From the NCBI GenBank assembly GCA_963823035.1, contig CAWGKG010000014.1:636122-700121 (forward strand): DNA of 64,000 bases, in the 5' to 3' direction. The notes under the pieces were generated by a model that saw only the letters and a program-made list of their open reading frames with translations, made no database searches and was not told the origin of the DNA. This document shows positions 28,664 through 40,431 of this stretch, piece after piece; positions within the stretch are counted from its first letter, which is position 1, and every line of letters starts with the position of its first letter. The stretch comes from an uncultured Gemmatimonadales bacterium. GTDB taxonomy: Bacteria > Gemmatimonadota > Gemmatimonadetes > Longimicrobiales > Gaopeijiaceae. Position numbers and translations under genes: made by a program.

Positions 28664-30633
28664 ATGTCGCTCCCCCTATCCTCGACGCCTCCCACCGGAG
28701 AGTTGATCGCTCTCGCGTCCCTTTGCCACGACTTGGGCGTCTTCACCGAATACGTCGACGGACTCCATCGGCCGGTCACGGTATCGCCGGAGACCCTGGT
28801 CCGGGTATGCGCTGCGTTGGGCGCCGAGATCTCCCGCCCGGCGGATGCCGCCGAGGCGCTGAGGGCCTACGGGGCGGCACGCGCCGGGTCGCTTCCCACG
28901 GTGCTCGTGGCGTGGGACGGAAAGCTCGCCCCCTTCGTCGTGGAGGCGGCGCGGCCCCGTCCGGGCCGAGCTCCACCTCGAAGGGGACGGCACGATCTTC
29001 CTGGAGGTCGAGGGGTCGGAGGTGCGCGCTTCGGCGCCCCTCCCCTTCGGTTACCATCGCCTGACCGTGGAGGCGGACGGAACGGACCACGCCATCACCG
29101 TCATCGCGGCGCCCACGGAAGCGTCGCGACGTCCGCGGCTCCACGGGGCGCTCGTGGGGGGTGGGCACGCACCTGGGGGCGCTTCGATCCACCCGCAGCC
29201 GCGCGCTCGGAGACCTGCGGGACCTCGAGACGCTCTGCCACTGGGTGGGCGCGCGCGGGGGCGACCTGGTCACGGTCCTCCCCCTCCTCCCCACCTTCAA
29301 CCAGGCACCCGCCGAGCCCAGCCCCTACTCCCCGGTGAGCCGCCTCTTCTGGAGCGAGCTCGTGCTGGACCTGGGCGCCGGACACCGCCCCGTGCCGCCG
29401 CCGTCCACGCTGGACGTGACGCGGGCCGACCTCGAGGTGCGCGCGGCCCTCGCGCACCTGCCCGCGCCCGACCGGGCGGCGCTGGACACGGAGCTGCTTC
29501 GCTACGCCCGGTTCCGCGGCGCCCAGGCGCGCCTCGGGCGCAACTGGCGGGACTGGCCCGAAGGCCCACGAGCCGGGCGGCTCGCTCCTTCGGACGTCGA
29601 CCTGGAGGAGGAGCGCTTCCACCTGGTGGCCCAGACCCGGGCCCGCGAGCAGCTCGGCGGGCTCCTGCGCCGCCTGAGGGACGACGGCGTCCGGGTGGGG
29701 CTGGACCTGGCCGTGGGCGTGCACCCGGACGGATACGACCCCTGGTCGCGGCAGACGCTGTTCGCCGGTGGCATGTCCGTGGGGGCGCCTCCCGACCCTG
29801 GCTTTCCCAGCGGCCAGGACTGGGGCTTCATGCCGGTGCTTCCGGAGGCGTCCCGGCGTGAGGGACACGGGTACGTCGCGGCCAGCATCGCGCACCAGGC
29901 GAGCCTCGCGGGCGTGCTGCGCGTCGACCACATCATGGCGCTGCAGCGACTGTACTGGATCCCCCACGGGCTCGGGCTCCACGAGGGCACGTACGTGCGC
30001 TACCCGGCCGAGGAGCTGTTCGCGGTGCTGACGCTGGAGTCGCACCGCCACCACTGCGAGATCATCGGGGAGAACCTGGGGACGGTCCCTCCGGAGATCG
30101 ACCAAGCCCTCCTCCGCCACCGCATCTGGGGGATGTTCCTGGCCCAGTTCCAGGCGATGGGCGAGATGCCCACGCCTCCCACGGAGCGGCAGGTGGCCCT
30201 CATCGGAACCCACGACACGCCGACGCTGGCCGGTTGGGTGGCGGGCGTCGATATCGACGAGCGCGTGCGCTGTGGCCTCCTCGAGGCGGAAGCGGCGCCC
30301 GCGGAGCGGGAGGCGCGCGCGGCGGGCGCCGAGCGGCTGGCGGAGCTGCTGGGCGCGGACCTGGAGGATCTTCCGGCGCTCCTCGGCGAGCTCCTGCAGT
30401 GGCTCGGCGATTCGCCCAGCCCCCTCGTGATCCCCTGGCTCGAGGACCTCTGGCTCGAAGCCGACCAGGTGAACCTCCCGGGGACGCGCTCCTCCGAGCG
30501 CCCGAATTGGCAACGACCCATGGCCCGGCTCCTGGACGAGGCCCTGGCGGACCCCGACGTCGACGCGCTGGCCCGACGTCTGCAGGAAGCCCGCACGGCC
30601 GTCGCGACGGGCCCGGCACCCCAAGACACCTGA
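28664..30633 (+). CDS. malQ: 4-alpha-glucanotransferase (GH77), two apparent frameshifts near 28970 and 29150
   Basis: [23 protein letters not shown]...GQDWG, LRVDH, IGENLG, GTHDT, QVNLPGT...NW; the N-terminal part lies in two other frames. Confidence 0.9.
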
Positions 30634-30663
30634 GACTGCGCTCCATGGAACAGAAACCCCGAG

Positions 30664-32250
30664 GTGCAACGGCGCCCCGCGACACGGCCCACGGGCCCCT
30701 GCAAGACGGCGTCCGAGGGTCTGCGCCCCAAGCCCCGGCTCTCCTTCTGGGAGATCTGGACCATGAGCTTCGGGTTCCTCGGGATCCAGTTCGGCTTCGC
30801 GCTCCAGAACGCCAACGTGAGCCGCATCTTCGAGACGCTGGGCGCCAGCGTGGAGGACATCCCCATCCTGTGGATCGCGGCGCCGGTGACGGGCCTCGTG
30901 GTGCAGCCCATCATCGGGTACTTCAGCGACCGGACGTGGAACCGGCTGGGTCGTAGGCGCCCCTACTTCCTGGGTGGCGCCCTCCTGGCGTCGGCGGCGC
31001 TCGTCTTCATGCCCAACTCACCCGCGCTGTGGATCGCGGCCGGCACGCTGTGGATCATGGACGCGTCCATCAACATCTCGATGGAGCCGTTCCGCGCCTT
31101 CGTCGGCGACAACCTGCCGTCGGCTCAGCGGACTACGGGCTTCGCGATGCAGAGCTTCTTCATCGGCACCGGCGCCGTGGTGGCGTCGGTCATGCCGTGG
31201 GTGCTCACCGAGCAGTTCGGCGTCAGCAACGAGGCGCCCCGCGGCCAGATCCCGGACTCCGTCCGCCTCTCCTTCTACCTGGGCGCCGCCGTCTTCTTCG
31301 TGGCGGTCCTGTGGACGGTGATCCGGTCGTTCGAGTACTCGCCCGAGGAGATGTCCTCCTTCATCGAGAACCAGGAGCGGGAGGGGTTCGTCAAGGAAGC
31401 CCGCACCCGGGCGGAATACGCCGCGCACGGCACCGGCCAGATCCGCATGGGCGCGGTCTTCCTCGCGGCGGGTATCCTGCTTTCGCTCTGGCTGGCCCGG
31501 GCCGGGGTCTATCAGGTGATCGTGCTCTCGGCCGGCCTCGCCTTCGCCGGCGTCCTCCTCGTCGCCTCCGGCCTCATGCAGCGGGGCGGCCGGTACGACA
31601 ACGGCTTCGTCACCATCCTCAACGACTTCCAGGACATGCCCCGCACCATGCGCCAACTGGCGTGGGTGCAGTTCTTCTCGTGGTTCGCGCTGTTCGCCAT
31701 GTGGATCTACACCACGGCGGCCGTGACCACCCACGTCTACGGCACCCACGACACCGCCTCGGCGCTCTACAACGAAGGCGCCAACTGGGTGGGCGTGTGC
31801 TTCGGCGCCTACAACGGGATCGCCGCGGTCGTGGCGTTCATGATCCCGGTCCTGGCCAGACGCACGAGCCGCAAGGTCGCCCACATGCTGTGCCTCCTGG
31901 CCGGGGCGGCCGGACTCCTCTCGATCTTCGTGATCAAGGAGCCCCTGCTGCTCCTGGGCTCGATGGTCGGCGTGGGGATCGCGTGGGCCAGCATCCTGTC
32001 CATGCCGTACGCCATCCTCACGGGATCGCTGCCGCCGTCGAAGATGGGCTACTACATGGGCGTCTTCAATTTCTTCATCGTCATCCCACAGATCGTCGCC
32101 GCCGCCATCCTGGGCTTCGTCGTCGGCCGCGTCTTCGGGGGCGAGGCCATCTACGCGCTCCTCGTCGGGGGGATCTCCCTCGTGGTCGCGGCCGCGCTCA
32201 CGCTGCGGGTCGAAGACCACGACGACGTGGCGGCGGCGCTCAACGTCTGA
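30664..32250 (+). CDS. MFS sugar transporter (maltose/sucrose-type)
   Basis: [50 protein letters not shown]; start uncertain (ATG 30645 is out of frame). Confidence 0.9.
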   Translation: MQRRPATRPTGPCKTASEGLRPKPRLSFWEIWTMSFGFLGIQFGFALQNANVSRIFETLGASVEDIPILWIAAPVTGLVVQPIIGYFSDRTWNRLGRRRPYFLGGALLASAALVFMPNSPALWIAAGTLWIMDASINISMEPFRAFVGDNLPSAQRTTGFAMQSFFIGTGAVVASVMPWVLTEQFGVSNEAPRGQIPDSVRLSFYLGAAVFFVAVLWTVIRSFEYSPEEMSSFIENQEREGFVKEARTRAEYAAHGTGQIRMGAVFLAAGILLSLWLARAGVYQVIVLSAGLAFAGVLLVASGLMQRGGRYDNGFVTILNDFQDMPRTMRQLAWVQFFSWFALFAMWIYTTAAVTTHVYGTHDTASALYNEGANWVGVCFGAYNGIAAVVAFMIPVLARRTSRKVAHMLCLLAGAAGLLSIFVIKEPLLLLGSMVGVGIAWASILSMPYAILTGSLPPSKMGYYMGVFNFFIVIPQIVAAAILGFVVGRVFGGEAIYALLVGGISLVVAAALTLRVEDHDDVAAALNV

Positions 32251-32261
32251 GAGGGCGTACC

Positions 32262-33939
32262 ATGAGCAGGCATCGACTCGTCGTCCTGGCGTTCCTCCTG
32301 GTCGGGTGCGGCACGGAGGGCCCGCGCGCCGCCACGCAGACGGCCGAGGGGGCGACCGGGCCCGCCGCGGTGGCCGTGAGTCCGTGGAACAGCGCCACGG
32401 TCTACTTCCTCCTCACCGACCGCTTCCAGAACGGGGACACGACCAACGACCACGCCCTGGGCCGCCAGCGCGACGGAGCGCCGCTCCGCAGCTTCCTGGG
32501 GGGCGACCTGGCCGGGGTACGCCAGAGGCTCGACGCGGGCTACTTCGACAGCCTGGGCGTCGACATGCTGTGGATGACGCCCGTCGTGGAGCAGATCCGC
32601 GGAAGCGTGGACGAGGGAACGGGCAAGAGCTACGGCTTCCATGGCTACTGGACGCGGGACTGGACCCGGGTCGATCCGATCTTCGGCACGGAGGAGGAGC
32701 TGAGGTCGCTGGTCGCGGATGCGCACGCCCGCGGCATCCGCGTCATCATGGACGCCGTGCTCAACCACACCGGGCCGGTGACCCCACAGGACCCGCAATG
32801 GCCGGACGACTGGGTCCGGACCACGCCGCGGTGCACCTACCGGGACTACGTGACCACGGTGGACTGCACGCTGGTGGCCAACCTCCCCGACGTGCGCACC
32901 GACAGCGATCGAGCCCGTGGCGCTGCCGGCCTGGCTCCTGGACAAGTGGGCCGCCGAGGGCCGTCTGGACCAGGAGACGGCCGAGCTGGACGCCTGGTTC
33001 GAGCGCACGGGCCATCCCCGCGCCCCCCGCTTCTACATCATCAAGTGGCTGACCGACTGGGTGAGGGAGGTCGGGTTCGACGGCTACCGCGTCGACACCG
33101 CCAAGCACTTCGAGGAATCGGCGAGCGACGAACTGCGGGCGGAGGCGAACGCGGCCTTCGCGGACTGGAAGGCCGCCCACCCGGACGAGGTTCTCGACGA
33201 TCGTCCCTTCTACATGGTCGGCGAGGTCTACAACTACACGCCGGCCGGCGGGCGCGGCTTCGACTTCGGGGACGAGAGGGTCGACTACTTCGACCACGGG
33301 TACGACGCGCTGATCAACTTCGGATTCAAGTCCGACGCCCGGGAATCGATCGAGGAGCTCTTCTCGTCCTACGCGACCGCCCTGGCCGGCGACCTGCGCG
33401 GCGTCTCGGTGCTCAACTACGTCAGCTCGCACGACGACGGCGCCCCGTACGATCCCGAGCGGCACGACCCCGAGGGCGCGGGCACGCGGCTTCTGCTGTC
33501 GCCCGGCACGGCCCAGATCTACTACGGGGACGAGGTCGCGCGGCCGCTCCGGATACCGGGCGCGGAAGGGGATGCGAACCTGCGCTCGCCGATGGACTGG
33601 AGCGTGGTGGCCGCACAGGCGTCCGCCGTCGGCTCGACGCTGGAGCACTGGCGAAAGCTGGGACGATTCCGCAGGGCGCACCCCGCCGTCGGCGCCGGAG
33701 CGCACCGGCGCATCCAGGCCGACCCCTACGTCTTCGCCCGAACGGATGTGGACGGTTCGGATCGGGTGGTCGTGGCGCTCGACCAGGCCGCCGGGGAGAA
33801 GACCGTGCCAGTGGGCGGCGTGTTCGCCGACGGAACCGTCCTCGTGGACGCGTACTCGGGCGTCGAAACGACGGTGAGCGACGACCGAGTGACGCTGGTC
33901 ACGCCCTTCGGCACGGTCCTGCTCGAGCGGCGCCAGTAG
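32262..33939 (+). CDS. GH13 alpha-amylase lipoprotein, frameshift near 32910
   Basis: Lipobox LLVGC; YFLLTDRF, GFHGYW, DAVLNH; second frame DGYRVDTAKH, VGEVY, SSHDD. Confidence 0.88.
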
Positions 33940-33977
33940 CTCTCGTCCGGGGGGCGCGCGCATCCTATACGCCTTTC

Positions 33978-34007
33978 TTGCTCCCCGGGTCACCGGCGGA
34001 ATACATT
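33978..34007 (+). promoter_or_regulatory. Putative sigma70-type promoter
   Basis: TTGCTC-N18-TACATT, about 85 nt upstream of ATG 34092. Confidence 0.4.
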
Positions 34008-34091
34008 GCTGCCGATGATCGGAGGAACGGCTGCCGCCCCCCCGCAGCCGATCACACCAGGATCGACCGTGCGATCACCGGGAGGTGGATC

Positions 34092-34643
34092 ATGCCCGAA
34101 CCTTCCCCGCTCCGCTTCCCCAGGCGATGCCTGCTCGCCGCCACCCTCGTCGTCCTGGCCGCGACGCCCTGCGCGACGCGGGCTCAGGGCATTCCCGCGC
34201 CCGGCATCGACACCCTCTTCGCCCGGGCCGCCGACGAGGTGATCGACGCCCTGGCGTCGGCGCTGTCCCTGGGCGACCTGATGGCGGGGGCCTCCCCCAC
34301 GTCGATCGTGGCCGCCATGCAGGACGCGATGGAGCGTCTCCAGACCGGGGTCGTGCGCACGGCGTCGCAGGCCGTGGACTCCGCCGGTCTGGCCCGCCTC
34401 GTCACGCCCCCTGCGGCCCGCTTCATCGGGCCGCAGGGAGGGCGCTACGTCCTCGACGTGATCGTGACCGAGGTCACGGCCGGCGAAACGCGCGTGCGGG
34501 TCGCGCCCTTGCTCATCGCGATGGTCCCGAACTCCGACTCGCCCCTGGGAGGCAGGCCGCTGCCGTCCAGCGGAACGGTCGAGCGGCAGACGCTCGCCAC
34601 CATCGCGTCGGCCCTGCCCTCCAACCGGGAGGACCAGCAATGA
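34092..34643 (+). CDS. Exported hypothetical protein (paralog A)
   Basis: RBS GGAGG; signal peptide; RFIGPQGGRYVLDV...PLGGRPLPSSGTVER. Confidence 0.75.
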   Translation: MPEPSPLRFPRRCLLAATLVVLAATPCATRAQGIPAPGIDTLFARAADEVIDALASALSLGDLMAGASPTSIVAAMQDAMERLQTGVVRTASQAVDSAGLARLVTPPAARFIGPQGGRYVLDVIVTEVTAGETRVRVAPLLIAMVPNSDSPLGGRPLPSSGTVERQTLATIASALPSNREDQQ

Positions 34644-36046
34644 GCGCCCGCATCCGCTTCGTCGCCCTCTCCGTGGGTATCGCCGCCTCGAGCGTGGGTT
34701 GCGCGTCGTCGAACCCACGCGGCCTGCTCGTGAACGCCCCGTCGCTGGACGCCGGAGACGTGACCACGCAGAGCGAGTCGTCCGTCGCGCGGTCCGGCTC
34801 CGTGATGGTCGTCGGATACAACGACTCGGGTGGGTTCTCGGCGACGGGGAGCTTCACGGGGTACGCGTATTCCCAGGACGGAGGCGCGTCCTTCACCGAC
34901 GGCGGCGTGCTCGCTCCGGTCCCCGGCGGCAACAACATCGGTGACCCCTCGGTGGTGGCCTGGAACGGGGTCTTCTTCTTCGCGACGCTCGCGACGGACG
35001 CCGCCGGTACGTCGTTCATCGGCGTGTCGCGCTCGCTCTCGATCTCGCCGGCGGTGACGTTCTCCGCGCCCGTCCTCATCCCCGGGCAGGATCCGGGCGG
35101 CTTCCAGGACAAGGAGCTCATCGCGGTCGACACGACGGGCGGGCCGTTCGATGGGAACGTCTACGTCGTGTGGACCGAGTTCACGACCGCGGGCGGAACA
35201 CGCATCCTGTTCTCCCGCTTCACGAACGGGGGAACGACGTACACGCCCCCGACGCAGATCTCCTCCGCCAGCTCGGGCGTCAGCGGCGCGACTCCTTTCG
35301 TCGGACCGAACGGCCGACTCCACGTCGCCTGGGAGGACCGGGCCAGCGGCCGGATCCGTTTCCGGTCCTCGACGGACGGCGGGACGACCTGGGGCACCGA
35401 GGTCACCGCCGCGACGCTGACGCCCATCCGCCATCCGGGCGCTTCGGCCACCTGCGGCCGGAATGCGGTGAACGGCAACATCCGCGTGAACGAGTTCCCG
35501 TCGATGGCGGTGGACATGAGCGCCGGCGCGACCCGGGGCAACGTCTACATCGCGTACGCGGGCGATCCCGACGGGAACCAGAGCTCCGGCGACGCCGCGG
35601 ACGTCTTCGTCGTGCGGTCCACGGACGGCGGGGCCACCTGGAGCGCGGCGTCGTCGGTCCACGGCCCCGGCACGATCGGCGCGGACGGCACGACGCACGA
35701 CAACTTCATGCCGAGCCTGGCGGTGGACGGCACGGGCACGGTGGGCGTGTCCTACTACGACCGTCGCGGCGACGCCGGCAACCTGCGCACGCAGCTTTAC
35801 CAGGCGACCTCGACCGACGGAGGCATCACGTGGAGCAACGAGGCGGTCTCGGACGCGTTCGACATCCCGAGGCTCGCGCCGAACTTCGACCCCTCCGTCG
35901 CAGTGTGCTACATGGGTGACTACAACGGCTCGGCGGGCGAGGCCACCGGGATCGCGACGACGTGGGGAGGCAACGATCGCAGGATCGTCACGCCGGGATT
36001 CCCGTCCGGGCGCGCCGATCCGGACGTGCGCTACATCGGCAGATGA
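34640..36046 (+). CDS. BNR/Asp-box (sialidase-like) beta-propeller, probable lipoprotein
   Basis: ATGA overlap; SVGC lipobox; SQDGGASF, STDGGTTW, STDGGATW, STDGGITW; DKE and YMGDY motifs. Confidence 0.82.
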   Translation: MSARIRFVALSVGIAASSVGCASSNPRGLLVNAPSLDAGDVTTQSESSVARSGSVMVVGYNDSGGFSATGSFTGYAYSQDGGASFTDGGVLAPVPGGNNIGDPSVVAWNGVFFFATLATDAAGTSFIGVSRSLSISPAVTFSAPVLIPGQDPGGFQDKELIAVDTTGGPFDGNVYVVWTEFTTAGGTRILFSRFTNGGTTYTPPTQISSASSGVSGATPFVGPNGRLHVAWEDRASGRIRFRSSTDGGTTWGTEVTAATLTPIRHPGASATCGRNAVNGNIRVNEFPSMAVDMSAGATRGNVYIAYAGDPDGNQSSGDAADVFVVRSTDGGATWSAASSVHGPGTIGADGTTHDNFMPSLAVDGTGTVGVSYYDRRGDAGNLRTQLYQATSTDGGITWSNEAVSDAFDIPRLAPNFDPSVAVCYMGDYNGSAGEATGIATTWGGNDRRIVTPGFPSGRADPDVRYIGR

Positions 36047-36137
36047 GGGCGCCGGGCCGCAACCCTGGCGAGCGGACGGAGTAGGACGGTGTGGGCGTCG
36101 AAGGCGGGCGCCGTCCGCGAGGGAGAAGCCGCTTCTC

Positions 36138-36692
36138 ATGAAGAAATCGCTGGGCCGCGGTGTCACGACGAGGGCGCGTTCGGGACCGGTGACGCTCCTG
36201 GCCGCCGCCGCGGCCGCCGCCTGCTCCGCCGCCGTACCCGGACAGGTCGAATCGAGGGACCCCGCGCAGGTGGCTGAGGTGCGGCGGACCTTCGACCGGA
36301 GGCCGGCGGAGGTGCTCGGCCGCGCGCTCGAGGTCCTGGTCGCACGAGGCGAGATGGCCTCCGGACCGGCGTCGGAGTGGGCCTCCACGGGCGCGCGCAA
36401 GCTCGAGGACGAGGGTCGGCTCGAGCTGACGAGCGAGTCGTTGGCGTCCCCCGCGGACACGCTTCGCACGTTCGTCGTGGCCGACCAGCGTCGCTTCGTG
36501 GGCGACACCGGCGGACGGTACTTCCTGACCGTCCGGATCATCCGTGAAGCCGCGTCGTCCACCACCGTCGAGGTCGTTTCCACGATCGTCGCCGCGACGG
36601 CGGGCCCAGGCCCGTTGGGCGGGCGGCCCGTGGCGTCCAACGGCACGCTCGAGCGGGCCTTCCTGGACGCGCTGGAGGCCTCGCTCGACTGA
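36138..36692 (+). CDS. Probable lipoprotein, hypothetical (paralog B)
   Basis: AAAC lipobox-like; RFVGDTGGRYFLTV...PLGGRPVASNGTLER. Confidence 0.75.
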   Translation: MKKSLGRGVTTRARSGPVTLLAAAAAAACSAAVPGQVESRDPAQVAEVRRTFDRRPAEVLGRALEVLVARGEMASGPASEWASTGARKLEDEGRLELTSESLASPADTLRTFVVADQRRFVGDTGGRYFLTVRIIREAASSTTVEVVSTIVAATAGPGPLGGRPVASNGTLERAFLDALEASLD

Positions 36693-36734
36693 CGCCACGG
36701 CCGCCCGTACACCGGGTGGACCGCAGGAGCGCCC

Positions 36735-38579
36735 ATGGCCGCCCTCTTCTACAAGCCCAGGAACCGGAAGGGCGAACCCCTGCCCCCCATGGCGGAGCGC
36801 CTCACCGCGATGCGCTACCTGCCACCCTTCCTGCGCATGGTGTGGGCCACGCGCCCCCTGTACGCGGTGGCCATCCTCGTGCTCCGGCTCGCGAACGCCT
36901 TCACGCCGGTGGTGCTGCTCTGGATCGGCAAGCTCATCATCGACGGGGTGGTGGCGAACATCGGCGCGGCGGCTCCGGACTGGGAGCACCTCGCCCGGCT
37001 CATCCTCCTCGAGCTGGCCGTGGCGCTGCTCTCCGACGGGCTCGCGCGGGCGTCCAGCTACTACGAGGCCCTCCTCGGCGATCTGTTCTCCAACGAGCTC
37101 AGCGTGCGCATCATGCGCCACGCGGCCACCCTCGACCTCGAGCAGTTCGAGGATCCGGACTTCCAGGACAGGCTGCAGCGCGCCCGCCGCCAGACCATGG
37201 GGCGCGTGGTGCTGCTGGGCCAGGTGCTGGGGATGGGCCAGCAGCTGCTCACCCTCCTCTCCCTGCTGGCGGCGCTCGTCGCCTTCAACCCGTGGCTCTT
37301 GGCGATCCTGGTCGTGGCCATCGTGCCCTCCTTCCTGGGCGAGACGCACTACGCGGGCATCGGCTACTCGTTCATGTTCCAGTGGACGCAGCAGCGGCGG
37401 GAGCTCGACTACCTCCGCTACGTGGCCTCCGCCGAGGCTTCGGCCAAGGAGGTGAAGCTCTTCGGGCTGTCGGCGCACTTCATCGACCGCTTCGCCGAGT
37501 TGGCCGACGACTTCGTCCACGAAAACCGCCGGGTCGCCGCGCACCGGGCCCTCACCGGCGGCGTCCTCACCTCGCTGTCCACGTTCGCCTACTACGGCGC
37601 GGTCGGCTTCATCATCTACGAGACGGTGCTCGGCATCATCACGGTGGGCTCCCTGACCTTCCTGATCGGCTCCTTCCAGCGGAGCCGCGGCCTCATCCAG
37701 AGCCTGCTGCTCGGCACCGCGGGGATGTACGAGCAGAGCCTCTTCCTCAAGGACCTCTTCGACTTCCTCGAGATGCGCCCCCGGATCGCGTCGGTGCCGA
37801 ACGCGAAGCCCGTGCCGGCGACCCTACGCTCGGGCTTCGTCTTCGAGGACGTCGGCTTCCGCTACCCGGACCAGGAGAAGTGGGCGGTGCGGGGCGTGTC
37901 CTTCGAGATCGGACCCGGTGAGCGGATCGCGCTGGTGGGCGAGAACGGGGCCGGCAAGACCACGCTGGTGAAGCTCCTCACCCGGCTGTACGACCCCAGC
38001 GAGGGCCGCATCCTCCTCGACGGCGTCGACCTGCGCGCGTACGACCTCACGTCCTTGAGGCAGGCGGTGGGTGTGATCTTCCAGGACTTCTTCCGCTACG
38101 ACCTCACGGCCCGGGAGAACATCGCGGTGGGGTGGATCGAGGCGCGCGGCGACCAACCGCGCATCGAGAACTCGGCGCAGAAGAGCCTGGCCGCGGACGT
38201 GGTCGCCGGCCTCGAGCGCTCCTACGACCACGTGCTCGGACGGCGCTTCGAGGGTGGCGCGAACCTGTCGGGAGGCGAGTGGCAGAAGGTCGCGCTCGCG
38301 CGCGCCTACATGCGCGACGCGCAGGTCCTGGTGCTGGACGAGCCGACCGCCGCCCTGGACGCCCGGGCCGAGTACCAGGTCTTCCAGCGCTTCAGCGAGC
38401 TCACCGCCGGCCGCATCGCCGTGCTCATCAGCCACCGCTTCTCCACGGTCCGCATGGCCGACCGGATCCTCGTGCTGGAGCACGGGGCCGTGCGGGAGGA
38501 CGGGAGCCACGAGGAGCTGCTCGCGCTCGGCGGGCGCTACGCGGAGCTGTTCAACCTGCAGGCGGCCGGGTACAGGTAG
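36735..38579 (+). CDS. ABC transporter, fused permease/ATP-binding
   Basis: TM domain; GENGAGKT Walker A, LSGGEWQ, LVLDEPT, ISHRF. Confidence 0.95.
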   Translation: MAALFYKPRNRKGEPLPPMAERLTAMRYLPPFLRMVWATRPLYAVAILVLRLANAFTPVVLLWIGKLIIDGVVANIGAAAPDWEHLARLILLELAVALLSDGLARASSYYEALLGDLFSNELSVRIMRHAATLDLEQFEDPDFQDRLQRARRQTMGRVVLLGQVLGMGQQLLTLLSLLAALVAFNPWLLAILVVAIVPSFLGETHYAGIGYSFMFQWTQQRRELDYLRYVASAEASAKEVKLFGLSAHFIDRFAELADDFVHENRRVAAHRALTGGVLTSLSTFAYYGAVGFIIYETVLGIITVGSLTFLIGSFQRSRGLIQSLLLGTAGMYEQSLFLKDLFDFLEMRPRIASVPNAKPVPATLRSGFVFEDVGFRYPDQEKWAVRGVSFEIGPGERIALVGENGAGKTTLVKLLTRLYDPSEGRILLDGVDLRAYDLTSLRQAVGVIFQDFFRYDLTARENIAVGWIEARGDQPRIENSAQKSLAADVVAGLERSYDHVLGRRFEGGANLSGGEWQKVALARAYMRDAQVLVLDEPTAALDARAEYQVFQRFSELTAGRIAVLISHRFSTVRMADRILVLEHGAVREDGSHEELLALGGRYAELFNLQAAGYR

Positions 38580-40334
38580 GGTACCCTACCTGTGCAGAGC
38601 TTCCCTGGTACCGCCAGCTCGTCACGTCGGCCCCGCGGGGGGCGGTTTCCAGGATCCGCTGGAGCATCAGCGGCGCCATGCGCTGGTTGATCGTGAGACG
38701 TGACACCCGGTTCGGGTGATCGGGATCGCCGCTCCAGCAGTGCTCGAAGCGGTCCCCGTACTCCACGACCCCGTCGTAGGAGGGGTCGCTCGTACCCTCC
38801 AGGAACTCCTCGGCGAGGTAGACGGCGTTGTTCAGGTAGTAGCTGTCCATGTCGCCCACGTAGATGTGGAGCTTCCCCTTCAGCTTGGGTCCCAGCGTCT
38901 TCCAGTCGCGCTCCAGGATGTGACGCAGGTCGTAGTTCTCCTTCCAGTACGCGGCCACCTCCGGATCGATCGCACCGGTGTACTTGTCCCAGATGGGTCG
39001 GGGATAGCCGTCGTCGCCCACGGGACCGAACACCGCCTGCCACACGTCCCATTGGCCCCCGGAGCGGCCGTGGGTACCCAGCACGAGCTCGAGGTGGTTC
39101 TCCTCCTCGATCGTCGAGCTCACGTGCCCGCGCCAGTCACGACGCCCGGGGCGCGGCGTGCTCTTCCAGTCGCCGTCCAGATAGTAGGCGTTCTTGTCGC
39201 CGTAGATGTCGACCACGGTGTAGGCCCGGAAGTCGATCGGGTCGGGACAGAACGTCCACGTGCCGTTGTACTCGTCGGGATAGAAGGTCTGGACGGCGAG
39301 CGACTCCCACCCTCCGGTCGAGCCGCCGTACAGGACGCGGGCCCACCCTTCGCCGATGCCACGGTACTTCGCTTCGATATACGGGATCAGCTCGTACGTG
39401 AGCGCGTCACCGTAGGGGCCCAGGTTCTGCGAGTTGACGGCGTACGAGTCGTCGTAGTACGGGTTCGCGTGCTGGATGGTCACGAGGATGAAGCGCGGGA
39501 AGTCCGGGCCGGTCCAGTCGCGGTAGAAACGGTAACCGGCCTCCGCGTACGCGCGTGCCGCACCATCGAGCCCCTCGTTCGCCGACGGCTCCGTTTCGCG
39601 GAACCCGACCGGCGTGTAGAGCTCCCGGTGGTGGTGACCCTGATAGACCATCAGCGGATAGTGTGCGTCCGGATGTTCCTCCCACTGCTTCGGGAGCAGC
39701 ACGGTGGCCTCCACCGAGGTGGGGGTGCCCCAGAACGCCGTGAGGAGCTCGCTCTGGATGCGGACGTGCTTGACATAGCGCGTGTCCTCGGGCTCGGGGA
39801 GAGCGGGGATCTCCCGGTCCAGGGAGACACGCACGACCTGCGCCGACGCGGGATCGATGAAGACCTTGCGTGGCGCGCTGTAGAGGTTGCCGGGCTTGAG
39901 GTTCCACTTCTGCCCCTCGCCCCGGTCCGGGGGGAGCTCGACCGTGTGCCCGTCCTCGCGCACGTAGGTCTCGTACCGGTTCAGCACCGCCTGCACCCAG
40001 TACGTCCCGCGCGGGACGTCCTCCAGCGTCTCGAGCGGATAGCCGAAGACGCTCCCGTCGATCTCGACCTCCTGCCCCGCAGCCATTTCGTTCACGTCGA
40101 CCCCGAAGACCTGCTGGCCCGTCGGACCGGACGAGATCTGGAAGCGGGGCTCCGTGACCCCGTTCCTGGCGATCACGAGGAGGAGCCGCCCATCGATCGG
40201 CTCCCGACTCCGCTCACCGGGAAAGGACAGCGCGAAGGTCGTCGTGGACCGCACCCTGCCCACCGCATCCCCACACCCCGACACCCCCCGAGCCCCAGCC
40301 ACACGATCGACACGTACCGGAACAGGCTCTTCAT
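38551..40334 (-). CDS. Exported alpha/beta-hydrolase (putative esterase), frameshift in a G-run near 40285
   Basis: GGSTGG nucleophile, YVGDMD, EHCW. ATG 40334 (MKSLFRYVSIVWLGLG) joins VSGCGD (lipobox) if one G is added to the G6 run. Confidence 0.8.
38572..38593. repeat. Perfect 22-bp palindrome at a convergent gene junction
   Basis: ACAGGTAGGGTACCCTACCTGT equals its own reverse complement and contains the ABC gene stop codon. Confidence 0.85.
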
Positions 40335-40431
40335 CACGAGCTTCCAGGGAGAAGGGCGCCGGGCGATAGGAACCGCCCGGCGCCCAGTCACGAGTCATCC
40401 ACCTGTCACGCCGGGACGCCGGCGCTCCGTG

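Noticed and set aside
40278..40295. Phase variation at the G6 run in the esterase signal peptide
   Set aside because: The run is short and the window has many other indels, so homopolymer sequencing error is the simpler explanation.
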